Origin: a virus
Length of the DNA: 64,000 bases
Virus record (IMG/VR): IMGVR_UViG_3300018080_000139
Coordinates: 1 to 64,000 of that record
Reading direction: 5' to 3' (one strand)
Made by a program: the position numbers and the translations under genes. The notes under the pieces were generated by a model, which had not been told where the DNA came from, made no database searches, and saw only the letters and a list, made by a program, of their open reading frames with translations. Below, in pieces: positions 40,172 through 49,534 of this stretch. Each line of letters starts with the position of its first letter. Within the stretch, counting starts at the first letter, position 1.

Positions 40172-41223
40172 TGCAGCCTACGCAGCAACCGGCTTTAGAC
40201 GAGTTTCTGTCGACGGTAGACGCGATTGCTGGAGGAGACCACTCCCCGGACACGCTGCAAAAGATGTGCGTTCTGTGTTCGCCTGACTATGAGCCCACGC
40301 GCGAAGACAAGGTTCGATTGGGTGGCGAAGCGATTGTCCTAAAAGTATCAAATACTGTGCTTGATCGCGCAGAAGTATTAAAAATACCCCGACGCGCACT
40401 GGTCGAGAATAAGAGGCTTCTGGCACGGTATTTTCGGGGAATGCAACTGCAAAGCCGTGTCCACCGCTACGTTCGCGCCGGAGTCCCAGAAGTGTACGCA
40501 GCACGATATAATGCCCCGTTTGTCAGCATGGAGTGGATTCGCGGGCTGGCACTACTCCGCTTCCTCGAGCAAGCGGGCCAGCGAGAGTCCGCCCGGTTTT
40601 TTGTTAGCATCTTGGACTTGGTAGCCAGCCTGCATGATCGAATGGTGATTCATCGGGATCTTACACCCTCTAATATACTCGTGGGGGTGGATCCTGTAAC
40701 GGAAGCTCTTTGCCCTTACCTTTTGGATTTCGGCCTCGCAAAGCGCGTGCAAGGCGAATCAACGCTTACGGGAATTGGAGCAAAGCTGGGGACGAACGGC
40801 TGGGCGAGTCCGGACCAGCTCGATGATGCCGCGCGTGCTGATTTCCTGGACGACGTGTACACGGCGGGGCGTTTGCTCTACGTGATGGCTACTTATGCCA
40901 CGACAAAAGCCTGTCCGCGGAAAGATCGCGATTATGACGAGCGGCTTTTACCTGGGGAGTGGCTTCCAATTTTTCAGGCGGCGACCGCTCCACGAGAGGC
41001 TCGCTACCAATCTATCAGGGAGCTTCGGGCTGCCGTCGCTCGTGTCGTGGGGATCGAGGACGTAAGTATTGTTAGGGTGCCCGACCCCATTTCGGTTTTC
41101 TCAGAAGATCTACGGTCGACCAGAAAGATTCGGAAAGTTTCGCCCCCTCCCGAGAGTACGGAAGGGGATGACCTCGTAGACCTTTTCGTAAAAGCGGTAA
41201 GGTCTGCAATTTATAACTCGTAG
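40168..41223 (+). CDS. Hanks-type Ser/Thr protein kinase
   Basis: EVLKI, MEWIRG, IHRDLTPSNILV, LLDFGLAK, GTNGWASPDQ, DVYTAG. Confidence 0.92.
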   Translation: MMQPTQQPALDEFLSTVDAIAGGDHSPDTLQKMCVLCSPDYEPTREDKVRLGGEAIVLKVSNTVLDRAEVLKIPRRALVENKRLLARYFRGMQLQSRVHRYVRAGVPEVYAARYNAPFVSMEWIRGLALLRFLEQAGQRESARFFVSILDLVASLHDRMVIHRDLTPSNILVGVDPVTEALCPYLLDFGLAKRVQGESTLTGIGAKLGTNGWASPDQLDDAARADFLDDVYTAGRLLYVMATYATTKACPRKDRDYDERLLPGEWLPIFQAATAPREARYQSIRELRAAVARVVGIEDVSIVRVPDPISVFSEDLRSTRKIRKVSPPPESTEGDDLVDLFVKAVRSAIYNS

Positions 41224-41235
41224 GAGGGACGGCAA

Positions 41236-41844
41236 GTGACGATAGGAAATTACGGTTTGGAATTTACTTTCACCAATGAAACGGACGGGATCGTGTCCGC
41301 CAATCAGCTCGGGATCCCCGGCCTGGCCCCGGGAGAGACGGTAACGATTTATGAAAACAAGTTGCGCCCGGGGCATTTCGGCATGGTCGATGGGGGGAAA
41401 CTCTCGGTGTCTCCGGAGCTTCCCCCCGACCTCGTGACGCGCGCGGCGTCGCTGAACTGGCAGGACTCGGAGTGGAGGAAACTCCTCGAGATGCTGGCCG
41501 CCAGCAAAGACAGCCTGGCTTTCGCTTCGGACGCACCGGCCACCGCCGACGTCGACGCCGAAGTCGAGGTGGAGCTTTTCCTGCTCGACGCGGCGGGAGT
41601 ACCGATCCTGCTCGACTCCGAAGAGGAAGTGGACATCAGCGTGGACACCGGGCTGATCGTGGACGTGTCCGGTTACGTGTCCGGAGACTTGAACGACGTC
41701 GGGCCGATTCGCGCGAAGTGCGCGTCCGGGCTTATCACGATCACCGTGACCGACGACGCGGCCGAAGCGCAAACGATTTCGCTCGCAAACCCGTCGACCG
41801 CCGGACTGACCGTCACCGACACGCACGTCGTAACTTACAGTTAA
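41236..41844 (+). CDS. acidic beta-rich putative virion protein
   Basis: AGGAGG RBS; Ig-like C-terminal composition. Confidence 0.65.
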   Translation: MTIGNYGLEFTFTNETDGIVSANQLGIPGLAPGETVTIYENKLRPGHFGMVDGGKLSVSPELPPDLVTRAASLNWQDSEWRKLLEMLAASKDSLAFASDAPATADVDAEVEVELFLLDAAGVPILLDSEEEVDISVDTGLIVDVSGYVSGDLNDVGPIRAKCASGLITITVTDDAAEAQTISLANPSTAGLTVTDTHVVTYS

Positions 41845-41857
41845 TAGGGAGCGCGGG

Positions 41858-42208
41858 ATGATGACGATTTCCGTCAAGGGGGCCGTGCAGGTAAAAAACG
41901 AGCAGGGGCGCGTCGAATACTCGGAGCTGCTGGCGAAGGATTTTTCTGTTGCTGAACACTATATTCGGCATTTGAAAATAGCCGCCGGCTCCATAGACGC
42001 CAACCTGGACTTGGGCGGGGTGAGCGACATCACTTTCGCCCTGATCCTCTCTGATCTGCCCGTGGCCCCGAAAATAAACGGAGCCCTGTCGGCTCTCCCG
42101 GCCGGAAACATGTTTGTTTTCAGCGGATCGACGGGAAGCTACATCACAGACATTAAGCTGTCGAACGCGGCCGGCACGGACGCTAACTTGCGCGTTATTT
42201 TGGGGTAA
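41858..42208 (+). CDS. putative virion protein
   Basis: GGGAG RBS; beta-rich. Confidence 0.65.
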   Translation: MMTISVKGAVQVKNEQGRVEYSELLAKDFSVAEHYIRHLKIAAGSIDANLDLGGVSDITFALILSDLPVAPKINGALSALPAGNMFVFSGSTGSYITDIKLSNAAGTDANLRVILG

Positions 42209-42212
42209 TGCC

Positions 42213-42494
42213 ATGAGTAGCAGCTTGACATATTACTACTACCTACAGGCCTTCCCGTACCCCCGCGCGGGATCGTATCCTCGGAGACCGCGAGACGAGG
42301 CGTTCGAGGAGAAAGTGGATCGTCCAATGTCCCCCAGCGCCAGAATGATAAATGAGAATTTGGCGACGACCAAGGGGGCTATGCTGTGGTGGTATTGGGG
42401 GCTCGGTGCTTATCCGTACCCGACCGCCGGGCAATACAACAAGAAGAAAAAAAAGAAGCGAAAGGGGATAAGCCCATGGGACTCGCTAACGTAA
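42213..42494 (+). CDS. hypothetical Tyr/Lys-rich protein
   Basis: AFPYP.AG.Y motif occurs twice; poly-Lys tail. Confidence 0.55.
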   Translation: MSSSLTYYYYLQAFPYPRAGSYPRRPRDEAFEEKVDRPMSPSARMINENLATTKGAMLWWYWGLGAYPYPTAGQYNKKKKKKRKGISPWDSLT

Positions 42495-42886
42495 AAGTGG
42501 GGGGCTTCGCGTTCAAGGCGGACGTGGAGTTCAACGCGGACCCGCGCCAGAATATCGCATACATCTTGAAGATTTTGGGCGAGCCGGCGAGCAAGCTGTA
42601 TCCGTCAGTGCCTTCGAACTCAGCCCCCCCTCCCGGACGCGGTTTGCAGTTCGACGTCCGCCCGGAGAGTGGGGACCCGATTCCCGGCGGCGTGGGCTTG
42701 CGCGCTGTCGGAATTCGCGAAGTCGTTACGGCTCCGCCGGGGGCGCTGGGGATTAACGATCCTTTCCCGGAGGATTACGGGACCCTCGAGGTTTTCGATC
42801 CGAACGACTCGGGCTACGAAGCCCCGTATCCTAATGACAGGTTTCCTTCAACCCCTCCGGAGCTTCCGGAAAAGACGTTTCCGTAA
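42476..42886 (+). CDS. Pro-rich hypothetical protein
   Basis: AAGGGG RBS. Confidence 0.6.
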   Translation: MGLANVKVGGFAFKADVEFNADPRQNIAYILKILGEPASKLYPSVPSNSAPPPGRGLQFDVRPESGDPIPGGVGLRAVGIREVVTAPPGALGINDPFPEDYGTLEVFDPNDSGYEAPYPNDRFPSTPPELPEKTFP

Positions 42887-42895
42887 GGGGGGAAT

Positions 42896-43147
42896 TTGCT
42901 CGAGACAAAGATTTTTCCACCGAAAGATGCGGAGGCCTATGACTTCCATCGCGAGGCGTACTCGCCTTTTGTCAAGGTCTCTCTGCCTGGGGGCGGCGAT
43001 GAGTACTCGTTGCTGTGGGAAGAGTTCGTCTCGTGGTTTCGTCGCGTGTGCCCGGCCTATTGGCCGCGCGATCGCGCGCAAACATATCTTTTCAACTTTC
43101 GAAAGTTGCGGTTTTTCCTTGAGACTCAGGATTTTATACCGCTGTAA
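42896..43147 (+). CDS. hypothetical protein
   Basis: TTG start with AAGGGGGG RBS. Confidence 0.55.
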   Translation: MLETKIFPPKDAEAYDFHREAYSPFVKVSLPGGGDEYSLLWEEFVSWFRRVCPAYWPRDRAQTYLFNFRKLRFFLETQDFIPL

Positions 43148-43159
43148 AGGAGAAAAATC

Positions 43160-43420
43160 ATGCCTACCGGAATGGTTCGCGACTTGAAAATCATCCCGTC
43201 GCGTAAAGAGAACGGGAATGTCGACATCACCACGCCGCACGGAGACGAGATGGACGCCGTCTTCTCGGGCACTCCGGCCGCCGCCGCCGAATATCTCGTG
43301 GACAACCACGGGTTGACATTGCAGGCGGCTCAGGAGTGGATAGCCCGGGCGCGTGAGGTTCGAGGCATCACGAAAGGCGTGGGATACACGCAGGTACACC
43401 CCGCCGTAGGCCTCGGCTAA
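43160..43420 (+). CDS. hypothetical protein
   Basis: AAGGAG RBS. Confidence 0.65.
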   Translation: MPTGMVRDLKIIPSRKENGNVDITTPHGDEMDAVFSGTPAAAAEYLVDNHGLTLQAAQEWIARAREVRGITKGVGYTQVHPAVGLG

Positions 43421-43430
43421 CGGCGGCGGC

Positions 43431-45248
43431 GTGATGACTACGACAACGCCGAAATGGTTTCTCTACGACTCGGTTCTACTGGATTACTCCATTACCGAGA
43501 GCGCTGAAGGGCTCTTGATTTTGCGCGGGAAGGTGCAGCACGCCGACATAAAAAACGACAACAACCGGGTGTATCGTTACTCCGTGCTGGACAAGGTTTT
43601 GAAAGCGCAAAAGGTAAGAGACCGGCTGCGTCGGCGTCTCATGGTCGGGGAGCTGGAGCATCCTGAAGACGGCATCACGAAATTCTATCGAGTTTCGCAT
43701 CTGGTGACGGATCTCCGTTGGGGAGAGGGAAAGGTCGTCTTGGGCTCCTTCGAGATTTTCGATGACGTTCCGCATGGAATAATCGTGGCGCGCCTGATCC
43801 GTCGGGGGGTTCCTGTGGGAGCCTCCACGCGCGGGAAGGGGACGTCTCACGAGCAGGATGACGTCGAATTCGTGGACGACAACTATGATCTGGAGACGGT
43901 CGACATTGTCTACAACCCTTCGACTCCGGGAGCGTACCCCAAGCCCGTGAAAGTTGCCATGTCCGGGGAACTTCCGACCTGGGAGCGAGATGAGGAGAAG
44001 ACATCCAGAAAACTCGTGAGCCTGGCCGATGATGCGGGTCGGGTTCGCGTGGCCGCTTCACGCGGAAAAGCTAGCGATGAGGAGATACGGCGTTGTGAGA
44101 GGGACCTCTCGGGGGTGTCCGGACATGGCGACGCGCTCCTCGAGAAGTTTTGTGAGTTAATCAACAGGGACTTGAAGGAGGCCAGAAAAATGGCGAAAAG
44201 CAAGTTGACCGTCCCCGTCCAAGCGGTGAGCCAGATGATAGAGGCGATCCGGTCAGACGAGGAGGAATACAAACCCCCCACCGAGGAGCGAAAGAAGCGG
44301 CGTAAGACCGAGCAGGAGGGGGACGAGTACGAAGAGCGGAAAAAGCGCCGGCGCAAATCGGAGCAGGCCGAATACGAAGACGAGTACGAAGAGCAAGATG
44401 ACGAAGAAGGCTTGGACGACGAGGAGTACGAAGAGCGCAAGCGGCGTCGGAAAATGGAGGCGAAGAAGAAACGCCAGCGCAAATCGGAGCAGGCCGAATA
44501 CGAAGACGAGTATGAGGAGCAAGATGACGAAGAAGGCTTGGACGACGAGGACGAGTACGAGGAGCAGGACGAGCCCGAAGAGGAGTACGAAGAGCAGGAC
44601 GACGAAGAAGAAAAGCCCGCTCCTCCTCCCCCCGTCGAAAAGAAAAGCTTTCTCTCTCGCAAGGAGAGGAAATGCGAATCCGCCGGCGTGCTGAGAAAGG
44701 CTCTCGTCCGCGAGCGCAAGCTCAAAAACGCGCTCGTCGAGCGCGCGCGTCAGCTTCGCGCGGCAAACTCCGTGTTGGCGTCGAAGCTCGACAGCTCTGT
44801 GGACTTGATCGCAAAAGTGGTCGAGCGGGTGGAGGCGGAGAAAAAGCGCCGTATCCTCTCGCGGGCGACGGCCGAAAACCCGGAGATGGGAAATCTGCTC
44901 CCGGTGCTGGAGCGGTGCAGCGCACGCGAACTCGAAGAGGCTGTCCGTTTGGTGCAGGAAAGCAGGGAAACCAAAATGCGGGAAGAGGAAAGCCGTCGTC
45001 AGGAGGAAGCAGCTCGACGTACCCCGCCTTCGCGCAGAAGGTACACACCGCCGCCGGCCAGAACGCGAGAACTGATGGTCGAATCTCAGGATCTCCCCGC
45101 CGAGGACCTTCCGAAAAAGCAAGTGAAGGAAAACAAACTGTCTTTGGGAAGGATTCTCGAGGAGAGCCGCCACGGGGCGGATAGCGACTATTCGCGAATG
45201 GCCGATAACCTGATCGACGGCGGGCACCTTCCGCCCGGATGGATGTAG
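43431..45248 (+). CDS. prohead core protease (T4 gp21-like) fused to an acidic coiled-coil scaffold (gp22-like)
   Basis: ADIKNDNNRVY, GELEHP, VSHLV, GASTRGKGT, TVDIVYNPSTPGA; directly upstream of the major capsid gene. Confidence 0.9.
   Translation: MMTTTTPKWFLYDSVLLDYSITESAEGLLILRGKVQHADIKNDNNRVYRYSVLDKVLKAQKVRDRLRRRLMVGELEHPEDGITKFYRVSHLVTDLRWGEGKVVLGSFEIFDDVPHGIIVARLIRRGVPVGASTRGKGTSHEQDDVEFVDDNYDLETVDIVYNPSTPGAYPKPVKVAMSGELPTWERDEEKTSRKLVSLADDAGRVRVAASRGKASDEEIRRCERDLSGVSGHGDALLEKFCELINRDLKEARKMAKSKLTVPVQAVSQMIEAIRSDEEEYKPPTEERKKRRKTEQEGDEYEERKKRRRKSEQAEYEDEYEEQDDEEGLDDEEYEERKRRRKMEAKKKRQRKSEQAEYEDEYEEQDDEEGLDDEDEYEEQDEPEEEYEEQDDEEEKPAPPPPVEKKSFLSRKERKCESAGVLRKALVRERKLKNALVERARQLRAANSVLASKLDSSVDLIAKVVERVEAEKKRRILSRATAENPEMGNLLPVLERCSARELEEAVRLVQESRETKMREEESRRQEEAARRTPPSRRRYTPPPARTRELMVESQDLPAEDLPKKQVKENKLSLGRILEESRHGADSDYSRMADNLIDGGHLPPGWM
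44351..44551 (+). repeat. 75-bp direct repeat within the scaffold (RKSEQAEYEDEYEEQDDEEGLDDE)
   Basis: copies at 44351-44425 and 44477-44551. Confidence 0.85.
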
Positions 45249-45286
45249 ACGACGCGCTACAAAGCGCAAAACGAAAGGAGAAAAGC

Positions 45287-46723
45287 ATGTTGATGCCACA
45301 GATAGAGGGGGTCCCCCCCATTGCCAACCTGGCGGAAAATCTCCAGATGGGCGGCCAGACAATCCTGGAACGCACCCAGGAGAAGGGAGCCAAGCTCGCC
45401 GCCGAGGATTGGAGTCACCTTTGCCGCCGCCTCCCGAAAAACATGCGGTGGCGAACCGCCATCCTGCTGGAAAACACGAAGTCTTACTTCAAGAACTTCA
45501 ACGAGACCGTGCGCCAGCAAGCAATCGGGAACTTCGACAAGTTCGCCTTCCCGCTGATCCGGGCCATATACCCGAACCTGGTGGCCCAGGAACTCGTTTC
45601 CGTACAGCCCATGACCGGGCCCATCTCCCTGATTTTCTATCTCGACGCTTTGTACGGCTCGAACAAGGGGAGCGTCCAGGCGGGACAGGCCGCGTTCGAT
45701 GCGGTCTCCGGCCCCAACGAAAACCCGTCTTACAGCTCCGAAGACGTCGAGCTGGAGCCGCTCGGCGCCGGCGACGACGCGGAGACGAACTTCACGGGAA
45801 ACGTAGGATACACCCCCATATACCAGGGGACTGTGCAGGTGGCCGCCGGCGATGTCGTTGGTTGGGACGATGGGGACGGCAACATAACCGGAACCGGGAT
45901 TGCGGCGGGAAGCATCGACTACGACACCGGAGCCTACGACATCACTTTCTCTGTGGCCCCGGTGGGCGGGACGATCATCACGGCCTCGTACCGTTTCGAC
46001 ATGGAAGGCTCGGAACTGGTGCCGCAAATGGACATCGGGATGGTCTCCACCCCTGTCGTTGCCCAGCACCACAAGCTGAGAATCCGCTGGTCGATCGAGG
46101 CTCAGGCTTCGGCCAGATCCCTCCACGGCCTGGACGCGCAAAGTGAACTCATGGCATTCACGGCGGAGGAACTCAAATTCGAAATCGACCGCCGTGTCAT
46201 AAGGGACTTGTACAACATCGCCCTCGCCGGACACGTTTTCTGGCAGATCACCCAGCCGGCCGGCGTGAGCTTTACCGAACACAAGCTGTCTTACATCGAC
46301 GCTTTGATCGAGCTGGGCAACTTGATTTTCCGTGCAACTCGGCGTGGGAACATGAATTTCATCGTGACGTCCGTGGAGGTGGCAAATATCATCGAAAGCC
46401 TCCCCACTTTCGTCGCCGAGCCGAACGCTTTTTCGGTCCAGAGGACGGCGGGCGTGGTCAAGGTCGGCGTGCTCAACAACAGGTGGACCGTCTACAAAGA
46501 CCCCTTCCTCGGTAACGGACAGCCGAACCCGAGAGTGTTTTTCGGCGGCTACAAAGGCGGGAGCTGGATGGACGCCGGCTATGTCTTCGCTCCGTATCTC
46601 CCCCTGTACACGACTCCTACGATCTTTTTGGATGACTTCTTGGGGAGGAAAGGTTTGGGCATCGCCTACGGAAAAAAGACGATCAACCCCAGATTTTACG
46701 GCACCGGCGAAGTCACCGCGTGA
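45287..46723 (+). CDS. major capsid protein (T4 gp23-like)
   Basis: TAILLEN, FPLIRAIYPNLVAQELVSVQPMTGP, KLRIRWSIEAQ...LHGLDAQSEL, EIDRRVI, DAGYVFAPYLPL; AAAGGAG RBS. Confidence 0.95.
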   Translation: MLMPQIEGVPPIANLAENLQMGGQTILERTQEKGAKLAAEDWSHLCRRLPKNMRWRTAILLENTKSYFKNFNETVRQQAIGNFDKFAFPLIRAIYPNLVAQELVSVQPMTGPISLIFYLDALYGSNKGSVQAGQAAFDAVSGPNENPSYSSEDVELEPLGAGDDAETNFTGNVGYTPIYQGTVQVAAGDVVGWDDGDGNITGTGIAAGSIDYDTGAYDITFSVAPVGGTIITASYRFDMEGSELVPQMDIGMVSTPVVAQHHKLRIRWSIEAQASARSLHGLDAQSELMAFTAEELKFEIDRRVIRDLYNIALAGHVFWQITQPAGVSFTEHKLSYIDALIELGNLIFRATRRGNMNFIVTSVEVANIIESLPTFVAEPNAFSVQRTAGVVKVGVLNNRWTVYKDPFLGNGQPNPRVFFGGYKGGSWMDAGYVFAPYLPLYTTPTIFLDDFLGRKGLGIAYGKKTINPRFYGTGEVTA

Positions 46724-46734
46724 TTCGGGCAATC

Positions 46735-46758
46735 GCGGGGAGGGCTTTTCCTCCCCGC
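46735..46758 (+). terminator. GC-rich hairpin after the major capsid gene (mRNA stabiliser or weak terminator)
   Basis: GCGGGGAGG-GCTTTT-CCTCCCCGC; no U-tract. Confidence 0.5.
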
Positions 46759-46807
46759 ACGCCCATACACTAATTAGCCTGGAAAGCAGAAGAAAAGGAG
46801 AAGAGAA

Positions 46808-47290
46808 ATGACGCAGCAAACCCAACAGAAATTCATCAATAACCGACCGTACAGGGTGGTAGGCCTCAACGGAGCCGGCGGGCGGAAAGAAGTGGCCCCC
46901 GGGGCCGTGGTAGGCCCAGAGTTCGCAAGCCTCGTCAACCAGCGAAAAGGCCTCGTACCTTACGACGGGCCGCGCCCTCTCGGCCAGATGCAAAAAAGCG
47001 GAAAGGGAGCGCCCAAGCGCCCCAAATTCGCTCAGATGCTCGGGGCGAACGACGACGCGAAAGAGGCGCGCGACCGCGCCCAGAAAGCCAAGGCCATAGC
47101 CGGAGGTGAAGCCTATATGGATCAGAGTTATGAAGAGTGGTGCGACGTCGCCGCGCAAGGAAAACTCGAATCGTTTTCGCGTTCCCAACTTTTAGGACTC
47201 GGGCGTTTTGTGGGGATCGACTTTGCGGAGGCGACCGCGAAAAAAGACATCATAGGCACGCTCAGAACCAAGCTCGCTCCCGGAAAGTAG
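46808..47290 (+). CDS. hypothetical protein (C-terminal HeH/Rho-N-like helix pair)
   Basis: LESFSRSQLLGLGRFVGIDF...KKDII. Confidence 0.65.
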   Translation: MTQQTQQKFINNRPYRVVGLNGAGGRKEVAPGAVVGPEFASLVNQRKGLVPYDGPRPLGQMQKSGKGAPKRPKFAQMLGANDDAKEARDRAQKAKAIAGGEAYMDQSYEEWCDVAAQGKLESFSRSQLLGLGRFVGIDFAEATAKKDIIGTLRTKLAPGK

Positions 47291-47297
47291 GTAGACG

Positions 47298-48353
47298 ATG
47301 GCAGAAGTAGTGCAGCGCTCCTCCTCTTTCAGCCCGCAAGGAAACTCGGCGCCAGACCTGCTGGTAATTGAAACCAGTTTTCAGCGGGGCGGCCGGGCTG
47401 TCGCCGTGAGCGACCTGGTTTTGCGTGTGTTTTCGGATGGAGTGCAAATACTCCCAGACATTACGGCAAGCACGGAACCAGCAATCGAGCGTAAAGTGTC
47501 CGGGTGTGGAACGTACTACTTCGTCCGCCTCAATCCCGATGGTTTGGGGGAATCACCGCTGGAAGCCCGATGGTATGCCACCTACGACGGAAAGCCCTGG
47601 TGCCCCTCCCCCCAGATCACCATGGTCGCCACACAGTCGACCATGGATGGCGTCTTGCTATCGTCAGAGCTTCGCGACTGGATTTTGCGTAAGTTGGGCT
47701 GGCCGAAGCAGGGGGTGGAGCTGGACGAATCACAGATTTGCGATTCTATCGCAGACGCGCTTGCCGAATACAATCAATACGTGCCGAGGTGGAAATATGG
47801 CGAGATCCGTCTCGTCACCGGGCGGAAAGCATACACTATAACCGAATTCGGCCGCGGGGTTTATGATGTCCAATTTCGTCGGAAAGAAGGAACTCCGATC
47901 ATCTCAGACCCTCTATTTGGTCGTCACTACCCCAGGTTTTCGCAGTTGGCTTTCGATGACTTCGTTTTGTCACAATCGCATTACGGGACGGTCCTTCGTG
48001 TCACTGGACAAGAGCCAATTTGGCGTTGGGATCCGGGGACCCCGACAAAAATTTTTATTGACACGGGTGAGTGGGATCGCTCCTTCTACGAGGTCACATA
48101 TGCTTACGGGGTAGACCACCGCCTGGGAGACATCACGCCGGCGCACCAGCAAACTTTGAAACGTCTTGCCCTGGCGCGCGCCAAGATCGTTCTTGGAGAG
48201 ATCCGCGAAAAATTCGGGGACTCTGTAATCACTCCAGGCGGGAACGTGCAGCTCAACGGCGGGAAGCTGAAGGATGAGGGGTTTCGGGAGGCGGAGGCCT
48301 TACAGGAGATACTGCAAGGCCTCGCCATCCCAATGTGGCCGATCTATGGCTAA
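47298..48353 (+). CDS. neck/head-tail adaptor (T4 gp13-like)
   Basis: LRDWILRKLGWPKQGVELDESQI; LALARAKIVLGEIREKF...PGGNVQLNG. Confidence 0.85.
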   Translation: MAEVVQRSSSFSPQGNSAPDLLVIETSFQRGGRAVAVSDLVLRVFSDGVQILPDITASTEPAIERKVSGCGTYYFVRLNPDGLGESPLEARWYATYDGKPWCPSPQITMVATQSTMDGVLLSSELRDWILRKLGWPKQGVELDESQICDSIADALAEYNQYVPRWKYGEIRLVTGRKAYTITEFGRGVYDVQFRRKEGTPIISDPLFGRHYPRFSQLAFDDFVLSQSHYGTVLRVTGQEPIWRWDPGTPTKIFIDTGEWDRSFYEVTYAYGVDHRLGDITPAHQQTLKRLALARAKIVLGEIREKFGDSVITPGGNVQLNGGKLKDEGFREAEALQEILQGLAIPMWPIYG

Positions 48354-48899
48354 ATGTGGATAAGTGGGGGAAAAGCCGTGTACGACGCGGAGCTACCTGT
48401 AGACTTTACAGGCAATTACGACATAGAAGTATATCGCGCGCTCCATCTGGAAAACTGGAAGCGTGATGTATCTTTTATGTGGTGGCGCCGCTTGATCCGT
48501 GATCCCCGCCTTGTCTACGATGCTGGCTACAGGTACGACGCACAATACAAGTACGACGAATACGATTCGGTAGACCCCCTCTACAACGAGGCAATGGAAA
48601 AACGCTACCACCCACCTGTTCGCATCAGGATTTTCTTTCAGGAGCAGGGGAACCAGGCGGACCTGTTCAAGCTTGGGATTATCGAGAGCCGGCCGGCAAT
48701 CTGCAAGTTTTCGGTTTTCGCGCTGGAAGAGGCGGGCTTCTCCTCGGACGCTGTAGCTCCAGGGGATTTGATTCTGTACGAGCAGCACGAGTACGAGATT
48801 TCGACTGTAATTGGGGATGTCGAGGCTCAGTGGTTGTCAAGCTCTATCCCATTCATCCTGCTTTGCAAACTCAACGTGGTTGACAGGATTTCAGCGTAA
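48354..48899 (+). CDS. neck/head-closure protein (gp14-like)
   Basis: position; DPLYNEA, LFKLGI, PGDLILY. Confidence 0.65.
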   Translation: MWISGGKAVYDAELPVDFTGNYDIEVYRALHLENWKRDVSFMWWRRLIRDPRLVYDAGYRYDAQYKYDEYDSVDPLYNEAMEKRYHPPVRIRIFFQEQGNQADLFKLGIIESRPAICKFSVFALEEAGFSSDAVAPGDLILYEQHEYEISTVIGDVEAQWLSSSIPFILLCKLNVVDRISA

Positions 48900-49534
48900 T
48901 GGCGAAAAAACTGAAAATGGGAGTCTCCTTTCGGGGGGACACGCACAAGATGAAGCGCTACGTCGCGAAAGTCGCTCGGGAAGCCGGAATGAAGGCCGCC
49001 CGGGAATTTCTCCTCGAGCTGGGAGGAAGCTTTCTCTTCCGGCTGCAAGAGGCGATTTTGCGTCAGGACCTCGATCTTGCAGCTCTCAGCAAGCCTTACG
49101 TGGAGTTCAAAAAGCGGGCCGACCTCGATCCTAGAACACTGATAGCTACAGGGGAATACGTCGAGTCAATCGAGATACAGGAACGGATGCGCGGTGAAAA
49201 CTACATGGTTGTGGTCACTGTGCCTGACCGAGAGCATGAGACGTCAGGAGTGAATCTGCAGCTACTCGCGCGCGTGCTGGAGTACGGGAGCGTCAAAAAC
49301 AACATACCTCCAAGGCCTCACTGGCGCGCAATCAAGGAGATGTTTTTGCTGCAAGAGGATATGATCTCTCGACGCGCCGAGGAGAAGATCGCGCGCGAAG
49401 TTCGTGAGGCGATAAAACGCGGGCGCGTCGAGGCGGCTTATCGCAAAGCCAGCGAGCAGTGGAAGGAGTTGAATCCAGCGGAGGAAGCGCGTCTGCACGG
49501 TGTGGCGGAGTCTTTTCGGAGTGGTCGTATATGA
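48899..49534 (+). CDS. tail-completion / virion morphogenesis protein
   Basis: TLIATGEY, LEYGS..NNIPPRPHWR. Confidence 0.7.
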   Translation: MAKKLKMGVSFRGDTHKMKRYVAKVAREAGMKAAREFLLELGGSFLFRLQEAILRQDLDLAALSKPYVEFKKRADLDPRTLIATGEYVESIEIQERMRGENYMVVVTVPDREHETSGVNLQLLARVLEYGSVKNNIPPRPHWRAIKEMFLLQEDMISRRAEEKIAREVREAIKRGRVEAAYRKASEQWKELNPAEEARLHGVAESFRSGRI

